Shown piece by piece: positions 20,152 to 30,248 of a stretch of 64,000 bases of DNA. Position numbers and translations under genes: made by a program. Each line of letters starts with the position of its first letter. Position 1 is the first letter of the stretch. Origin of the DNA: an uncultured Bacillales bacterium (GTDB lineage Bacteria > Bacillota_I > Bacilli_A > RF39 > UBA660); assembly GCA_946410555.1 (NCBI GenBank), contig CAMKAT010000002.1, forward strand, positions 45,235 through 109,234. The letters run 5' to 3'. The notes under the pieces are model-generated. The model was not told the origin of the DNA. It saw only the letters and a list, made by a program, of their open reading frames with translations, and made no database searches.

Positions 20152-20775
20152 TTATTTTTTTATTAGTGCTTTAAAATATGTAATATATGTACTTGATATT
20201 AAAACTGAACCAACAATATCAGTAAACCAATGTACTCCAGATATGTATCTTGTTAATACTATACTTACGCCTAAGATAAGTAATAAAATATTAACTAATT
20301 TGAATTTATCTTTAAACATACTTTTGTTAGCAATTATTGCACTAATTGAAAAACATAAACTCATTAATGTGTGTGATGATGGGAATGATGCTTCTAATCC
20401 TTCATCTAAAATAACAGGTCTATAATTTAAAGTTAATTTTTCAAATAATATATATGTAAGTAAGATAACTGCATAAAAGCCAGCAAGAATATAAAGTTCT
20501 CTATTAATCTTTTTAAAACTCTTATTCTTAATTAATTGAATAAAACCGTATCCAGCATATACTACTGGAATAAGTAATGCAACATAACCTAAGTATTCAC
20601 TTATTTTATAAATTGTTTCATTATAATTAAATGTTAATTTAGAATTAATTGATGCAAAACCAACAGCGCTATTTTCTGGTCCAATATTTGAAATATCTAC
20701 TTTAGTAATAAGTATAGTAAATACAATACTCATTATTAATAATAAAGTACCTGTAATTAATAATCTTTTCTTCAT
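20152..20775 (-). CDS. PAP2-family membrane phosphatase
   Basis: Motifs SFPSSHT and SGVHWFTD; about 6 TM helices. Confidence 0.8.
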   Translation of the reverse strand: MKKRLLITGTLLLIMSIVFTILITKVDISNIGPENSAVGFASINSKLTFNYNETIYKISEYLGYVALLIPVVYAGYGFIQLIKNKSFKKINRELYILAGFYAVILLTYILFEKLTLNYRPVILDEGLEASFPSSHTLMSLCFSISAIIANKSMFKDKFKLVNILLLILGVSIVLTRYISGVHWFTDIVGSVLISSTYITYFKALIKK

Positions 20776-20835
20776 AAAAATCACCAAAAGAATTATAACA
20801 TCTTTCGTTATGTTTTTAAACTTAAAAGTAGAAGA

Positions 20836-21183
20836 TTACTCTTCTACTTCTGTTTTATCTTTCTTACTTGCTAAAAAAGAAATCTTATCTACGATAACTT
20901 CTGTTATGTATTTCTTTTCTTTGGTTGATTCATCTTCATAACTTCTATTTTGAAGTCTTCCTTTGATACCTACCAAATCTCCTTTTTTGCAATATTCACA
21001 TGTGTGTTCTGCGACACTATCCCAAAGGACACAACGAATAAAGTCAGTTTCAAAAACACCATCTTCATTCTTATATGCTCTTTGGACTGCTAAATTGATA
21101 GATGTCATACGATAATCTTCATCAGTTTCTTTTAGAGTTGGATTATCAGTTAATCTACCAATTAAATAAACCATGTTGTGCAT
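20836..21183 (-). CDS. ssb: Single-stranded DNA-binding protein, short form without the acidic C-terminal tip (SsbB-like)
   Basis: OB-fold sequence MVYLIGRLTDNPTLKE...FIRCVLWDSVAEH...GDLVGIKGRLQNRSYED. Ends ..KKDKTEVEE, with no D-D-D-x-P-F tail. Confidence 0.8.
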   Translation of the reverse strand: MHNMVYLIGRLTDNPTLKETDEDYRMTSINLAVQRAYKNEDGVFETDFIRCVLWDSVAEHTCEYCKKGDLVGIKGRLQNRSYEDESTKEKKYITEVIVDKISFLASKKDKTEVEE

Positions 21184-21409
21184 TGCTTTTCCCCCTTTCT
21201 GGTTACAAGATAACAAATATGAATTCTTAAATCAAAAGTCAGAACTTTAAAATTTAATGATTATTTTTTATGAATTATTAACATGAATTTATATTATTTT
21301 TCATATCTGTTTTATATTTATATACAAATAAAAAATATTGGTAGAATGCATATTTTTTACACAAAGATTTTATTAAATGATATAATTATTGTGTTTAGGA
21401 GGAAACAAA

Positions 21410-22411
21410 ATGAAAAAGAAAAATATTATTATAGGAAGTGTTATTGGAATCGAAACAGTAGCAATCATTGTATTAGCAATTCTATGTGCTGTTGGACATT
21501 TCTCTAAGAGTCCAAAATTAAAAAATGGTGAAGATTTAGTTGTTTCATTAGGAACTGGTACTAAATATTCAGTAAACCAAGTATATGAAATGGTTAAAGA
21601 TTCTTATGCATTACAAAAAATATTAGATAAAGTTGATGCTGAATTATTAGGAAACAAGTATAAAGATAATGAAGAAGTAGCATCTTATATTGAAACTAAA
21701 ATTGCAACAGCTCATGCTAATTATCCAGAAGAAGCTGACTTTGAAAAATATTTAAGTTACTTCAATTGCAATACTGAAGATGAATACAGAGAATATTTAA
21801 AAGCTGAAAAAGAAAAAGAATTAATTACTACTGATTATGCTAAAACAACTGTTACTGAAAAAGAAATTAAAAAATATTATAAAGAAGAATATGTTGGAGA
21901 TATCGCTGCTAGACATATCTTAGTAAGACCTAAAGATAATGATACTAGTTCAGCAAGAACTTTATCTCAAGAAATCTTAGATAAGATTGATTCTTTAGTA
22001 GCTGAAGGAAAATCAGTTAGTGATGCATTTGATGCAGTTACTAACGAATATAGTAGTAATGAACTAGTTAAAGCTGAAGATTTAGGATACTTTAACAAAG
22101 GTGCTATGGTTGAAAGTTTTGAAACTGCAGCATTCAAATTAAAAGTTGGTGAATATTCATCAAGTCCAGTATATACTCAATATGGATATCATTTAATTTA
22201 TGTATATGATCAAAAAGAAAAAGGTAAACTTGAAGATGTTAAAGATAATATGATTGAACAAGTTGCTAAGAATAAAGTTGATGAAGATAAAACTAAGTTA
22301 CAAACTAAAGCTTTAGAAAATTTAAGAAAAGAAAACAACTTTGAATTATTCGATTCAGAACTATCTAAACAATATGGTAGATACATTAATTACATGTTAA
22401 ATAGTAAATAA
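21410..22411 (+). CDS. prsA: Foldase PrsA-like parvulin peptidyl-prolyl isomerase (membrane anchored)
   Basis: Parvulin core ARHILV...GYFNKGAMVESFETAAFKLKVGEYSSSPVYTQYGYHLIYV. RBS GGAGG and ATG at 21410. Confidence 0.85.
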   Translation: MKKKNIIIGSVIGIETVAIIVLAILCAVGHFSKSPKLKNGEDLVVSLGTGTKYSVNQVYEMVKDSYALQKILDKVDAELLGNKYKDNEEVASYIETKIATAHANYPEEADFEKYLSYFNCNTEDEYREYLKAEKEKELITTDYAKTTVTEKEIKKYYKEEYVGDIAARHILVRPKDNDTSSARTLSQEILDKIDSLVAEGKSVSDAFDAVTNEYSSNELVKAEDLGYFNKGAMVESFETAAFKLKVGEYSSSPVYTQYGYHLIYVYDQKEKGKLEDVKDNMIEQVAKNKVDEDKTKLQTKALENLRKENNFELFDSELSKQYGRYINYMLNSK

Positions 22412-22439
22412 AAGTCGATATAAATCGACTTTTTATTTT
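22409..22439 (+). terminator. Intrinsic terminator after prsA
   Basis: AAAGTCGAT-ataa-ATCGACTTT followed by TTATTTT. Confidence 0.7.
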
Positions 22440-22476
22440 ATTCTATAGTATAATAATTAACGAAAGAAGGTTACAC

Positions 22477-23388
22477 ATGAATAATAAAACATACTCATAT
22501 AAAATAAGTGATAATCTTAAAGATGAAATTTATAATCATTATAAAGAAACATTTAAATTAAAAACTCCACCATACGCTGTATTTCAAAGTGATGATGGTG
22601 CTGGAACTATAGTTACTTTATATGAATCAGGTAAGATTGTATTTCAAGGTATTAGTGCTGATATAGATTATGACTTTTGGAAACAAAGAGAATTAATGGA
22701 AAATGATAGAGATATAGATGCTGATAAACCAGAGAATTCTATATTTAATCATACTAGTACAATCGGTAGTGATGAAGTTGGTACTGGAGATTACTTTGGT
22801 CCAGTTGTAGTTACAGCAAGTTATGTTCCTAAAGATAAAATTAAAGATGTTCTTAAATTAGGTGTTAGAGATTCTAAAAAGATTAACGATACTATGATTA
22901 AAAGAATTGCCCCTGCCCTAATTAAAAATGTAGTTCATGAAACTTATATTATGACTAATGAAGAATATAATAATTTAACTAATAGTAATTTAAATAAAAT
23001 TAAAGCAGTATTACATAATAAAGCATTATTTAAATTAAATAGTGATCCTAAGAATGTACACTCTTATATAGTTGTAGACCAATTCTGTGAAAGAAATTTA
23101 TACTATAACTATATTAAAGATGAAAAAGATATATGTAGAAAAATATGGTTTACTACTAAAGCTGAAGATAAATGTTTATCAGTTGCTGTTTCTTCAATTA
23201 TATCAAGATATGTTTTCTTGCAAGAAATGGAAAAGTTATCAAGTAAGTATGGAGAACTTCCAATGGGTGCATCTGATAAAGTTGATGCTAAAGGTGCTGA
23301 GATAGTTAAAAAATATGGTTTTGATGAACTTAAGAAAATAGCAAAATTAAATTATAAAAATACTGAGAAAATAAAAAAGTTGGTTTAA
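22477..23388 (+). CDS. rnhC: Ribonuclease HIII
   Basis: N-terminal DUF3378-like domain plus RNase H2/H3 core IGSDEVGTGDYFGPVVVTA ... DSKK ... SVAVSSIISR. Confidence 0.88.
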   Translation: MNNKTYSYKISDNLKDEIYNHYKETFKLKTPPYAVFQSDDGAGTIVTLYESGKIVFQGISADIDYDFWKQRELMENDRDIDADKPENSIFNHTSTIGSDEVGTGDYFGPVVVTASYVPKDKIKDVLKLGVRDSKKINDTMIKRIAPALIKNVVHETYIMTNEEYNNLTNSNLNKIKAVLHNKALFKLNSDPKNVHSYIVVDQFCERNLYYNYIKDEKDICRKIWFTTKAEDKCLSVAVSSIISRYVFLQEMEKLSSKYGELPMGASDKVDAKGAEIVKKYGFDELKKIAKLNYKNTEKIKKLV

Positions 23389-23397
23389 TACCAACTT

Positions 23398-24603
23398 TTA
23401 TTTTGTAATAAATTCTAATGCTTTTTCTAATTGTAAATCCTTACCTGTTTTATTAATGATAAAGTCTTTAGATTCTTTAACACTTATTCCAGGTGTAATA
23501 CCTATTTCATCAATATTATTATGATTTGGAGAATACCATTTAGCTGTAGTGTATTTAATCATAGTATCATCACTTAAAGTAGATGTTACTTGTACTTTTC
23601 CTTTACCAAATGTTTTTTGACCAATTAATGTAGCTCCATATGACTCTTTAAGAGCAAGTGCAAGTACTTCACTTGCAGAGGCTGTATATTCATTTACTAG
23701 AACTACGATTTCATAATTTCTAGATTCATCACTTTTAGCTTTAACTGTTTTTTCACTATCTTTATATTCAAGACTATATAATACTTTATTTTTACTTATA
23801 AATAGATCTGCGATTGATTCAGCAGTATTTAGATAACCTCCAGTGTTATCTCTTAAGTCTATAATAAGTGAATCTATTCCAGTATGTTCAAGTGTCTCTA
23901 AACCGTCTTTAAATTGATTATAAGCGTTCTTAGAGAATGATGATAAATATATATATCCTGTGTTAGAATCACTCTTATTTATGATTCTATAGTTAACTAC
24001 AGGTAATGCTACATTCTTTACATCAACATCGAATGATAATTCTTTAGAATCTCTTTCTACTACGATATTAACTTTGTTAGATTCATTAATCATTTTAGAA
24101 ATATCATCTAGTGCTATTTCTCTTGTAATAGTTGTTCCATTAACACTTCTTAAAATATCATTTTTTTTAAGTCCTGCTTTGAAACTTTCTGAATCTTTAA
24201 CTACATTATAGATTACATAGTTAGAACCATTATCATAAACAACAATCCCTATTCCTTTATATGAATCACTCAAAGAATCAGTTAGACTTTCGGTTTCTTC
24301 AGAATCTAAATATTTAGAATAATTCTCATTTAAATATTCAAGCATCCCATCGATTGCTGAATCAGCAAGATTCTTATTATCTACTTTCTCATAATATGTA
24401 CTTGTTATTTCTTTATATGATTTAACTATATCATTTAAGTTCTTATCAAATACATTATTTTTAGTTACGTTAAATACTATAAAAGTAGTAAAAATACAGA
24501 CTACTACTCCAAAGATAATAGTAATAATTAAGAGTTCCTTCAAGGTGAAAGTATTCTTATGTTCTTTATTATTTAACTTATACTTATCCTTGAATTCTTT
24601 CAT
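23398..24603 (-). CDS. S41 carboxy-terminal processing protease with PDZ domain
   Basis: Motifs LIIDLRDNTGGY, VLVNEYTASASEVLALALKE and GQKTFGKG; N-terminal TM helix. ATG 24603 follows AGGGTGG. Confidence 0.88.
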   Translation of the reverse strand: MKEFKDKYKLNNKEHKNTFTLKELLIITIIFGVVVCIFTTFIVFNVTKNNVFDKNLNDIVKSYKEITSTYYEKVDNKNLADSAIDGMLEYLNENYSKYLDSEETESLTDSLSDSYKGIGIVVYDNGSNYVIYNVVKDSESFKAGLKKNDILRSVNGTTITREIALDDISKMINESNKVNIVVERDSKELSFDVDVKNVALPVVNYRIINKSDSNTGYIYLSSFSKNAYNQFKDGLETLEHTGIDSLIIDLRDNTGGYLNTAESIADLFISKNKVLYSLEYKDSEKTVKAKSDESRNYEIVVLVNEYTASASEVLALALKESYGATLIGQKTFGKGKVQVTSTLSDDTMIKYTTAKWYSPNHNNIDEIGITPGISVKESKDFIINKTGKDLQLEKALEFITK

Positions 24604-24648
24604 TATTACCACCCTAACATAAGTATATCATGAAATAAAAAAAGAAGA

Positions 24649-26322
24649 TTAAAAATCTTCTCTTTTAGTTAAAGTATTTAATAATGGACATGAAGGAATC
24701 TTTATTGATAATGTATAAGTATAATCTTTAGAAACATATATTGTTTTTAATTTAGGACAAAGAGATGCTATATTAGGGTTTATTTGTTGAGTCATAAATG
24801 ATAAATCTATCATTTCTAGATTAGGACAATTATAAAACATATCATCATATTTTAATTTACTGTTAGTATTCTTTTTTGGTTTAAATGTAATACTAGTATT
24901 TACCACTAAATGATAAAACATTTTAGATACATTTTCAGCAGAAGACATATCAAAATTAGATACATCAATTGCTGAAACATGCATTCCATTAAACATTAAA
25001 TTAAAGTTTTTAACTTTACTTGTATTAAAACTAGTCAAATCTAGTTTTTTAATATTACTGGCTCCACAGAACATATAACTCATATCAGTTACGTTTGAAG
25101 TATCAAAATTTGAAACATCTAATTCTAAAAGATTAAAATCATTTTGAAATAAACCATTCATTTCTTTTACTTTCGATGTATCCCATAAAGAAACATTTAA
25201 ATAAGTTATTGCCTCACAACCACAGAACGTTCTATTCATATATTCAACATTTGATGTATTCCATCTGGTTACTTCAAGATATTCTAACTTATGACAATTG
25301 CCAAACATATCACTTATATCATTAAAGTTTGAAGTATCCCAATCAGATACATCAAGGCTTATTAAACTTTCACAATATCTAAAAACACTTGGTGCATATG
25401 AGACACCCGAAACATTCCATTTAGTATTTTTAATTTCTTCAAGCATCTTGTCTTCAGCAAACATTGAACTAATACCACTACAATACTTAAAATCAAATAA
25501 ATCTAAGTCTATTGTTTTTACATTTGGTAATTTAGAAAACATATCACTACCATCATAAAAATATATTCTATCTCCATTTGTACCAAAATAAATTGTTCCA
25601 TTATCATACCATAGATATGTTTCTATACCAGAATCATTAGTATCTTTAGGAATCATATTAATATACATTCCACTATTATTTATATAATTAACTGTTTTAA
25701 TATCTTTAACATTTTCTGCACCACCAGCAAGATTTTTTATAATTTGATTAATTGTGTTACCTGGATAAATAATATTTTCTTTTATATCACCTAAATAATA
25801 TCCTGCAAGTGCACCTGTATAATCATATTCCATACAAGCATGGCAATCGGGGATTAATTTACAAAATCTATTTAAGTCTGATACTTCTCTCCATTTTGAA
25901 TCATTATATTTATATACTCTATCATTTATATTAACATTGCTATCGATTGAATAAGAATCAATTATAAATTCTCCATTAGTCAATGTAACATATATATTTT
26001 GGCTTTTTGTATCTCTAATAATAAATCCATTATATTCATTTTTAATTCCAGATTGAGCAAGTAATATAGGATTAACTCTATTTAACAAACAAAAATCTAA
26101 TTTACTATCAGGATATGTAGTTTCATCAAATAAGCTTTCAGCTTGTATCTTAGTTAAATCTCTTTGAACTTGAGCAACAAATAAATTTTTCTTTGCACCA
26201 GGAATTACATTTAAAACTGTTGGAACCGCAATTATAAGAAGTATTCCAAGGATAATTATTACTGCTAATAACTCAACCATAGTAAATGCTTTTTTATTTT
26301 CATAAGTATATATTTTATCCAT
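24649..26322 (-). CDS. Prepilin-type signal peptide protein with C-terminal DUF285/BspA-like repeats
   Basis: N-terminus MDKIYTYENKKA|FTMVELLAVIIILGILLI. The C-terminal half has at least 8 repeats (..LDVSDWDTSNFNDISDMF.., ..LDVSNFDTSNVTDMSYMF..). The track start is TTG; ATG 26322 follows AGGGTGA. Confidence 0.7.
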   Translation of the reverse strand: MDKIYTYENKKAFTMVELLAVIIILGILLIIAVPTVLNVIPGAKKNLFVAQVQRDLTKIQAESLFDETTYPDSKLDFCLLNRVNPILLAQSGIKNEYNGFIIRDTKSQNIYVTLTNGEFIIDSYSIDSNVNINDRVYKYNDSKWREVSDLNRFCKLIPDCHACMEYDYTGALAGYYLGDIKENIIYPGNTINQIIKNLAGGAENVKDIKTVNYINNSGMYINMIPKDTNDSGIETYLWYDNGTIYFGTNGDRIYFYDGSDMFSKLPNVKTIDLDLFDFKYCSGISSMFAEDKMLEEIKNTKWNVSGVSYAPSVFRYCESLISLDVSDWDTSNFNDISDMFGNCHKLEYLEVTRWNTSNVEYMNRTFCGCEAITYLNVSLWDTSKVKEMNGLFQNDFNLLELDVSNFDTSNVTDMSYMFCGASNIKKLDLTSFNTSKVKNFNLMFNGMHVSAIDVSNFDMSSAENVSKMFYHLVVNTSITFKPKKNTNSKLKYDDMFYNCPNLEMIDLSFMTQQINPNIASLCPKLKTIYVSKDYTYTLSIKIPSCPLLNTLTKREDF

Positions 26323-26394
26323 ATACAATCACCCTATTGTAATTATAAAATATTACACATAATAATTAAATAAAAAATAGAAACTTTTCAGTTT

Positions 26395-27000
26395 CTATTT
26401 CTTCTTTGTAGTTGTTGTAGTTGTTTCTTCTTCACTTAGTAATTTACCAATTTCATTCTTATCAGTAATAAATGAAGAAACTTTCTTTTTATTAACTTTA
26501 ATTAAAGTAGTTTTAGTAATAACTAATTCATCACTATTTTTTGGTTTAGTATTTTCTGTTCCATTTGGATCATAATACTTTTTGTTCATTAAATCATTTA
26601 ATTCAACTTTATATAAAGGTACTGCAGAAACATTATATTTATTAATAAATTCTTCTGCAAAAGCTTTTTCATCAGTATTATCAGCATCATAGAATAATAC
26701 ATAATATGATTTATCACTTAAACTTAAGAATTCACTAGCTAAGATTAACTTAGAATCATATTCAGCTTCAGTTGTAGTTGTAGTTGTTTCATCTTCTTTT
26801 AAATCTTTAGTAACAAAGTTTCCATTTAAGAAGAATAATAATCCTATGAAAATACCAATAATTACTACTAGTACAATAAAACCTTTAACTTTATCATATT
26901 CTTCATTAGATAATTTGGATTGTTTTAATTCACTAGTAATAAATACAACTTCCTTTTTTTCTTTTTTAATATCATTATTTATCTCTTTTTTCTTTTTCAT
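26395..27000 (-). CDS. Membrane-anchored thioredoxin-fold-like protein lacking CxxC; Thr-run linkers
   Basis: TM helix, then TTTTTEAE, then YYVLFYDADNTDEKAFAEEFINKYN. This aligns by eye with the CPWC protein at 61979..62746. Confidence 0.45.
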   Translation of the reverse strand: MKKKKEINNDIKKEKKEVVFITSELKQSKLSNEEYDKVKGFIVLVVIIGIFIGLLFFLNGNFVTKDLKEDETTTTTTEAEYDSKLILASEFLSLSDKSYYVLFYDADNTDEKAFAEEFINKYNVSAVPLYKVELNDLMNKKYYDPNGTENTKPKNSDELVITKTTLIKVNKKKVSSFITDKNEIGKLLSEEETTTTTTKKK

Positions 27001-27041
27001 CTTAAATCACCATATTCATTATACCATAAAATCGTTATATT

Positions 27042-27200
27042 TTATTTTTTATTTTCTTCTTGAGACTCAAGAATCTCATTTAATTCTTCAGTATAATCTT
27101 TAATCTTATCATTATTTACTTTTAGTTCTTCTTCTAATCTTTCATTTCTAATTTGTAATCTAGAAATACTAGTAGCTAATTCTTTAATCTTGTCTTCCAT
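27042..27200 (-). CDS. Small (52 aa) coiled-coil protein, not in the ORF track
   Basis: My translation is MEDKIKELATSISRLQIRNERLEEELKVNNDKIKDYTEELNEILESQEENKK. RBS AGGTGA lies 8 nt upstream, and the ORF fills an otherwise empty gap. Confidence 0.45.
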   Translation of the reverse strand: MEDKIKELATSISRLQIRNERLEEELKVNNDKIKDYTEELNEILESQEENKK

Positions 27201-27277
27201 AATATGTTTCACCTATGTCGTTTATTATAAATAATTAAATAGTCATATGCAATAAAAAAATAAACTAGATAACTAGT

Positions 27278-27961
27278 TTATTTTATGTTAGCAACATATA
27301 ACTTATCATCTTCTTTAATGATAGTTAATTCAATGCTTGATGGATAATCAAGTTTCTTTTCATATTCAATACTTACCTTTGCTATATAAGCATCATATTT
27401 TTTATTAATAGATTTATCACTATCAGGTTTATATTCAAATGTTCCTGTTTTAATAGAAACATCTACACTCTTAACAATTGGAAGACTTTGTTTTCTTGTT
27501 CCTTTAGAATTGTCTTCTAGATTATTATAGATAGTATCTTCAACTTTAAGTGAATAATTATCTACATTTGCAGGATAAATAAATTCTTTTCCACCAACGT
27601 CATATTTATTAATCTTATTATCCATTGTGAATAAATCTATAGTAAATAATTTAGCTATTGATTTAGCATAGGCTTCAAAGTCTACTTTTTCAGATTCAAG
27701 ATTAGTCTTTAAAATATTAAATTCAGTTTTATAAAGTTCAGTATCCATATCATCTAATGTATAACCATACTTTTCAAGTGTACTTAATGTTTTCTTTTCT
27801 ACTGTTTCAGTCTTTTTATCATCACCCTTAAATAAGAAGATAAGAGCAAGTGCAATAAGTACCATTACTAGTAAAATAATTACACTAAATACTACTGCTT
27901 TTTTAACTAATGGATTCTTTTCTTTCTTTTCTTTATTTTTTTGTGTTTTCAAGTATATCAC
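27278..27961 (-). CDS. Membrane-anchored extracytoplasmic protein, unknown function (overlaps the ltaS end by 29 nt)
   Basis: 227-aa ORF with a K-rich N-terminus plus TM helix, followed by a hairpin terminator (about 27255-27285). Confidence 0.5.
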   Translation of the reverse strand: MIYLKTQKNKEKKEKNPLVKKAVVFSVIILLVMVLIALALIFLFKGDDKKTETVEKKTLSTLEKYGYTLDDMDTELYKTEFNILKTNLESEKVDFEAYAKSIAKLFTIDLFTMDNKINKYDVGGKEFIYPANVDNYSLKVEDTIYNNLEDNSKGTRKQSLPIVKSVDVSIKTGTFEYKPDSDKSINKKYDAYIAKVSIEYEKKLDYPSSIELTIIKEDDKLYVANIK

Positions 27962-30038
27962 TTCTTTCTTTTTGTTCTCTTAATAAATCATATACTATTA
28001 TATCATTACTTATTTGCAAGATATCTTCTGTATATTTAATTCTATCACTAATATAGTCTTCATCTAAAGTTAATTTAGATGTTTTTAAATCATCGAGTAA
28101 TCTATAAGAACCTTTAGAACTTGTATAGTATACTTTATCTGTTATAAAGTTACCATTTGGGAATACTACAATATTACCATTATTAATATTAAATATATCA
28201 TTTCCTAAAGCATATGTAGGTTTTAATCCTAACATATTAGAAATTGTTGGTAAGACATCTATCATACCCATTGGGTATGAGTATGTGCCGCTTAGTGTTC
28301 CATTAGGTGTCCATATAATTAGAGGAACTTTCTTGAATAACTCGAATTCAGTTTGATCGAAATCAATGTAGTTTTGATCATCCTTCTCATAATCCTCCCC
28401 TGTTTCTGGGTTGAAGTTAACAAAATGACTGAATTGTTTTCTACCAATTTGAGCAGCATGATCTCCATAAAGAACAAATACTGTATTATTATATTTATCA
28501 CTTTGTTTAACATATTCTATAAATGAACCTAATTGCTCATCTGCATAATGGGCAGCTTGTAGATATCTACCTAGAGATTCCATATTATCACTAGATAAAT
28601 AGTCATATACTATTTCTTTTTTAGTTACTGGATCATATTTACCAGTATGATATGTTAAATCTAAAGAATCAACACCTTCAAGGTATGTTGAATCTTGCCA
28701 TGGAGTATGATTAGATAACATGATTAATGTTCCCATATAATTATCATACTTATCATCTTCATCAATCATTGTTTGAATCTCTTCAAGTTTTGTGGCAGTT
28801 TGTCTAAAGAATGATTTATCTGATAAACCTAAACCTACGATTTCATCTATTTCATAATCATCTTCAGAATAGAATCTTTGATATCCTAAATACGGATACA
28901 TTTTATCTCTATTCCACATAGATGCTTTGTTTCCATGCATTGAGAATGTATAATACTTTTTATCATTTAATAAGTTTTCCAATGTTTGATATTTTCTATT
29001 GTAGTAAGATACAAATACTGTACCACTTTGTACTGGCATTAAAGATGTATTGTAAGTAAACTCAGCATCACTTGATGTTCCTACGGATACTTGTGAATAG
29101 AAGTTATTAAAATACATTGATTCATTAACTAATTTATTTAAGTTAGGTGTTACTTCTTCACCATTTATTTTAAGTCCAATAAGGAAATTCATTATACTTT
29201 CTAAGTGAACATTAATTACATTATATCCATTTAATACATTAGTATATTGATTAGAAGTTTCTTTATATGGATGAGTTTTATAATACTCTACAAATCTATC
29301 ATAGGCTTCTTCCTTACCGAAAAGAGTACTAAGATGAGTAACAGTTGTTTGAATAATATCATTTACTTGATAAACTATGATTCCAAATCTTTCTACGATA
29401 TACTCTCTATTCCATTGTTTAGTAAGTCTTGATACATCCTTAGGTTGTAATGTAGAAATACTCATAAATAAACCTATTACTCCGATAATAAGAACATTAC
29501 CTAGAAGTTTTCTACTTGTTTCTACTTTTTCAACATAATTAAAATAATCTTTTTTCTTAAGATATATATGTAGAACTACAAAAAGAATTGGTCCTAATAA
29601 ATAAAGAAAATTAGTATAATCAAGTTTTGAGAATACTGCATCTGTTACTTCACCAGTTTGTCCTAGAGATTCAAGTAATCCTACAGAAACAAAGTTAGTA
29701 AAGAATTTAAAATAAATACCATTTATAAAATTGATAAGAGTAATAATTATTAACATGGTATTCCAATATATATGTTGTTTTTTAACTTTAAAGAAGTAAC
29801 CAAAACTACCTATGATCATTACACAACTAAAATCAAAGGCAAAAGCAAGCATATTAAATCCTTCATTAATTGTATACTTTCTTACTAAAGAACAACTAAT
29901 AAGACTTAATATTAAAAATGCAAGAAATTGTCTATTATAAAGACTAAAGTTATATAAATCATTAACTGTTTTATTAAAGAATTTTTTAAAATTGAAATTA
30001 ATGATTTTCTTTTTTAAATCTCTCATTCTTTTTCTCAT
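27933..30038 (-). CDS. ltaS: Lipoteichoic acid synthase family protein (polytopic N-terminus + sulfatase-type domain)
   Basis: About 5 N-terminal TM helices. The extracellular domain carries FYSQVSVGTSSDAEF and VLYGDHA, as in LtaS-type phosphoglycerol transferases. Confidence 0.85.
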   Translation of the reverse strand: MRKRMRDLKKKIINFNFKKFFNKTVNDLYNFSLYNRQFLAFLILSLISCSLVRKYTINEGFNMLAFAFDFSCVMIIGSFGYFFKVKKQHIYWNTMLIIITLINFINGIYFKFFTNFVSVGLLESLGQTGEVTDAVFSKLDYTNFLYLLGPILFVVLHIYLKKKDYFNYVEKVETSRKLLGNVLIIGVIGLFMSISTLQPKDVSRLTKQWNREYIVERFGIIVYQVNDIIQTTVTHLSTLFGKEEAYDRFVEYYKTHPYKETSNQYTNVLNGYNVINVHLESIMNFLIGLKINGEEVTPNLNKLVNESMYFNNFYSQVSVGTSSDAEFTYNTSLMPVQSGTVFVSYYNRKYQTLENLLNDKKYYTFSMHGNKASMWNRDKMYPYLGYQRFYSEDDYEIDEIVGLGLSDKSFFRQTATKLEEIQTMIDEDDKYDNYMGTLIMLSNHTPWQDSTYLEGVDSLDLTYHTGKYDPVTKKEIVYDYLSSDNMESLGRYLQAAHYADEQLGSFIEYVKQSDKYNNTVFVLYGDHAAQIGRKQFSHFVNFNPETGEDYEKDDQNYIDFDQTEFELFKKVPLIIWTPNGTLSGTYSYPMGMIDVLPTISNMLGLKPTYALGNDIFNINNGNIVVFPNGNFITDKVYYTSSKGSYRLLDDLKTSKLTLDEDYISDRIKYTEDILQISNDIIVYDLLREQKERSDILENTKK

Positions 30039-30162
30039 ATGTTTAACCTCTTATCTTCTTGATTATATCATGATATAAAGAAAAAAAGTATATAGGAAAG
30101 AAAAAACAAGTTATGCTTGATTTATATTAATTAATTTGATATATTAATTGTGTTATTGAAAC

Positions 30163-30236
30163 GCAGGTGTGGTTCAATGGTAGAATGCGACCTTGCCAAG
30201 GTTGAGACGGGAGTCCGATTCTCCTCACTTGCTCCA
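30163..30236 (+). tRNA. tRNA-Gly (anticodon GCC), CCA encoded
   Basis: Cloverleaf folded by hand: acceptor GCAGGTG/CACTTGC, anticodon arm CGACC-TTGCCAA-GGTTG, T arm GGGAG-TCCGATT-CTCCT; 74 nt. Confidence 0.85.
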
Positions 30237-30248
30237 TAGTGAAATCTG

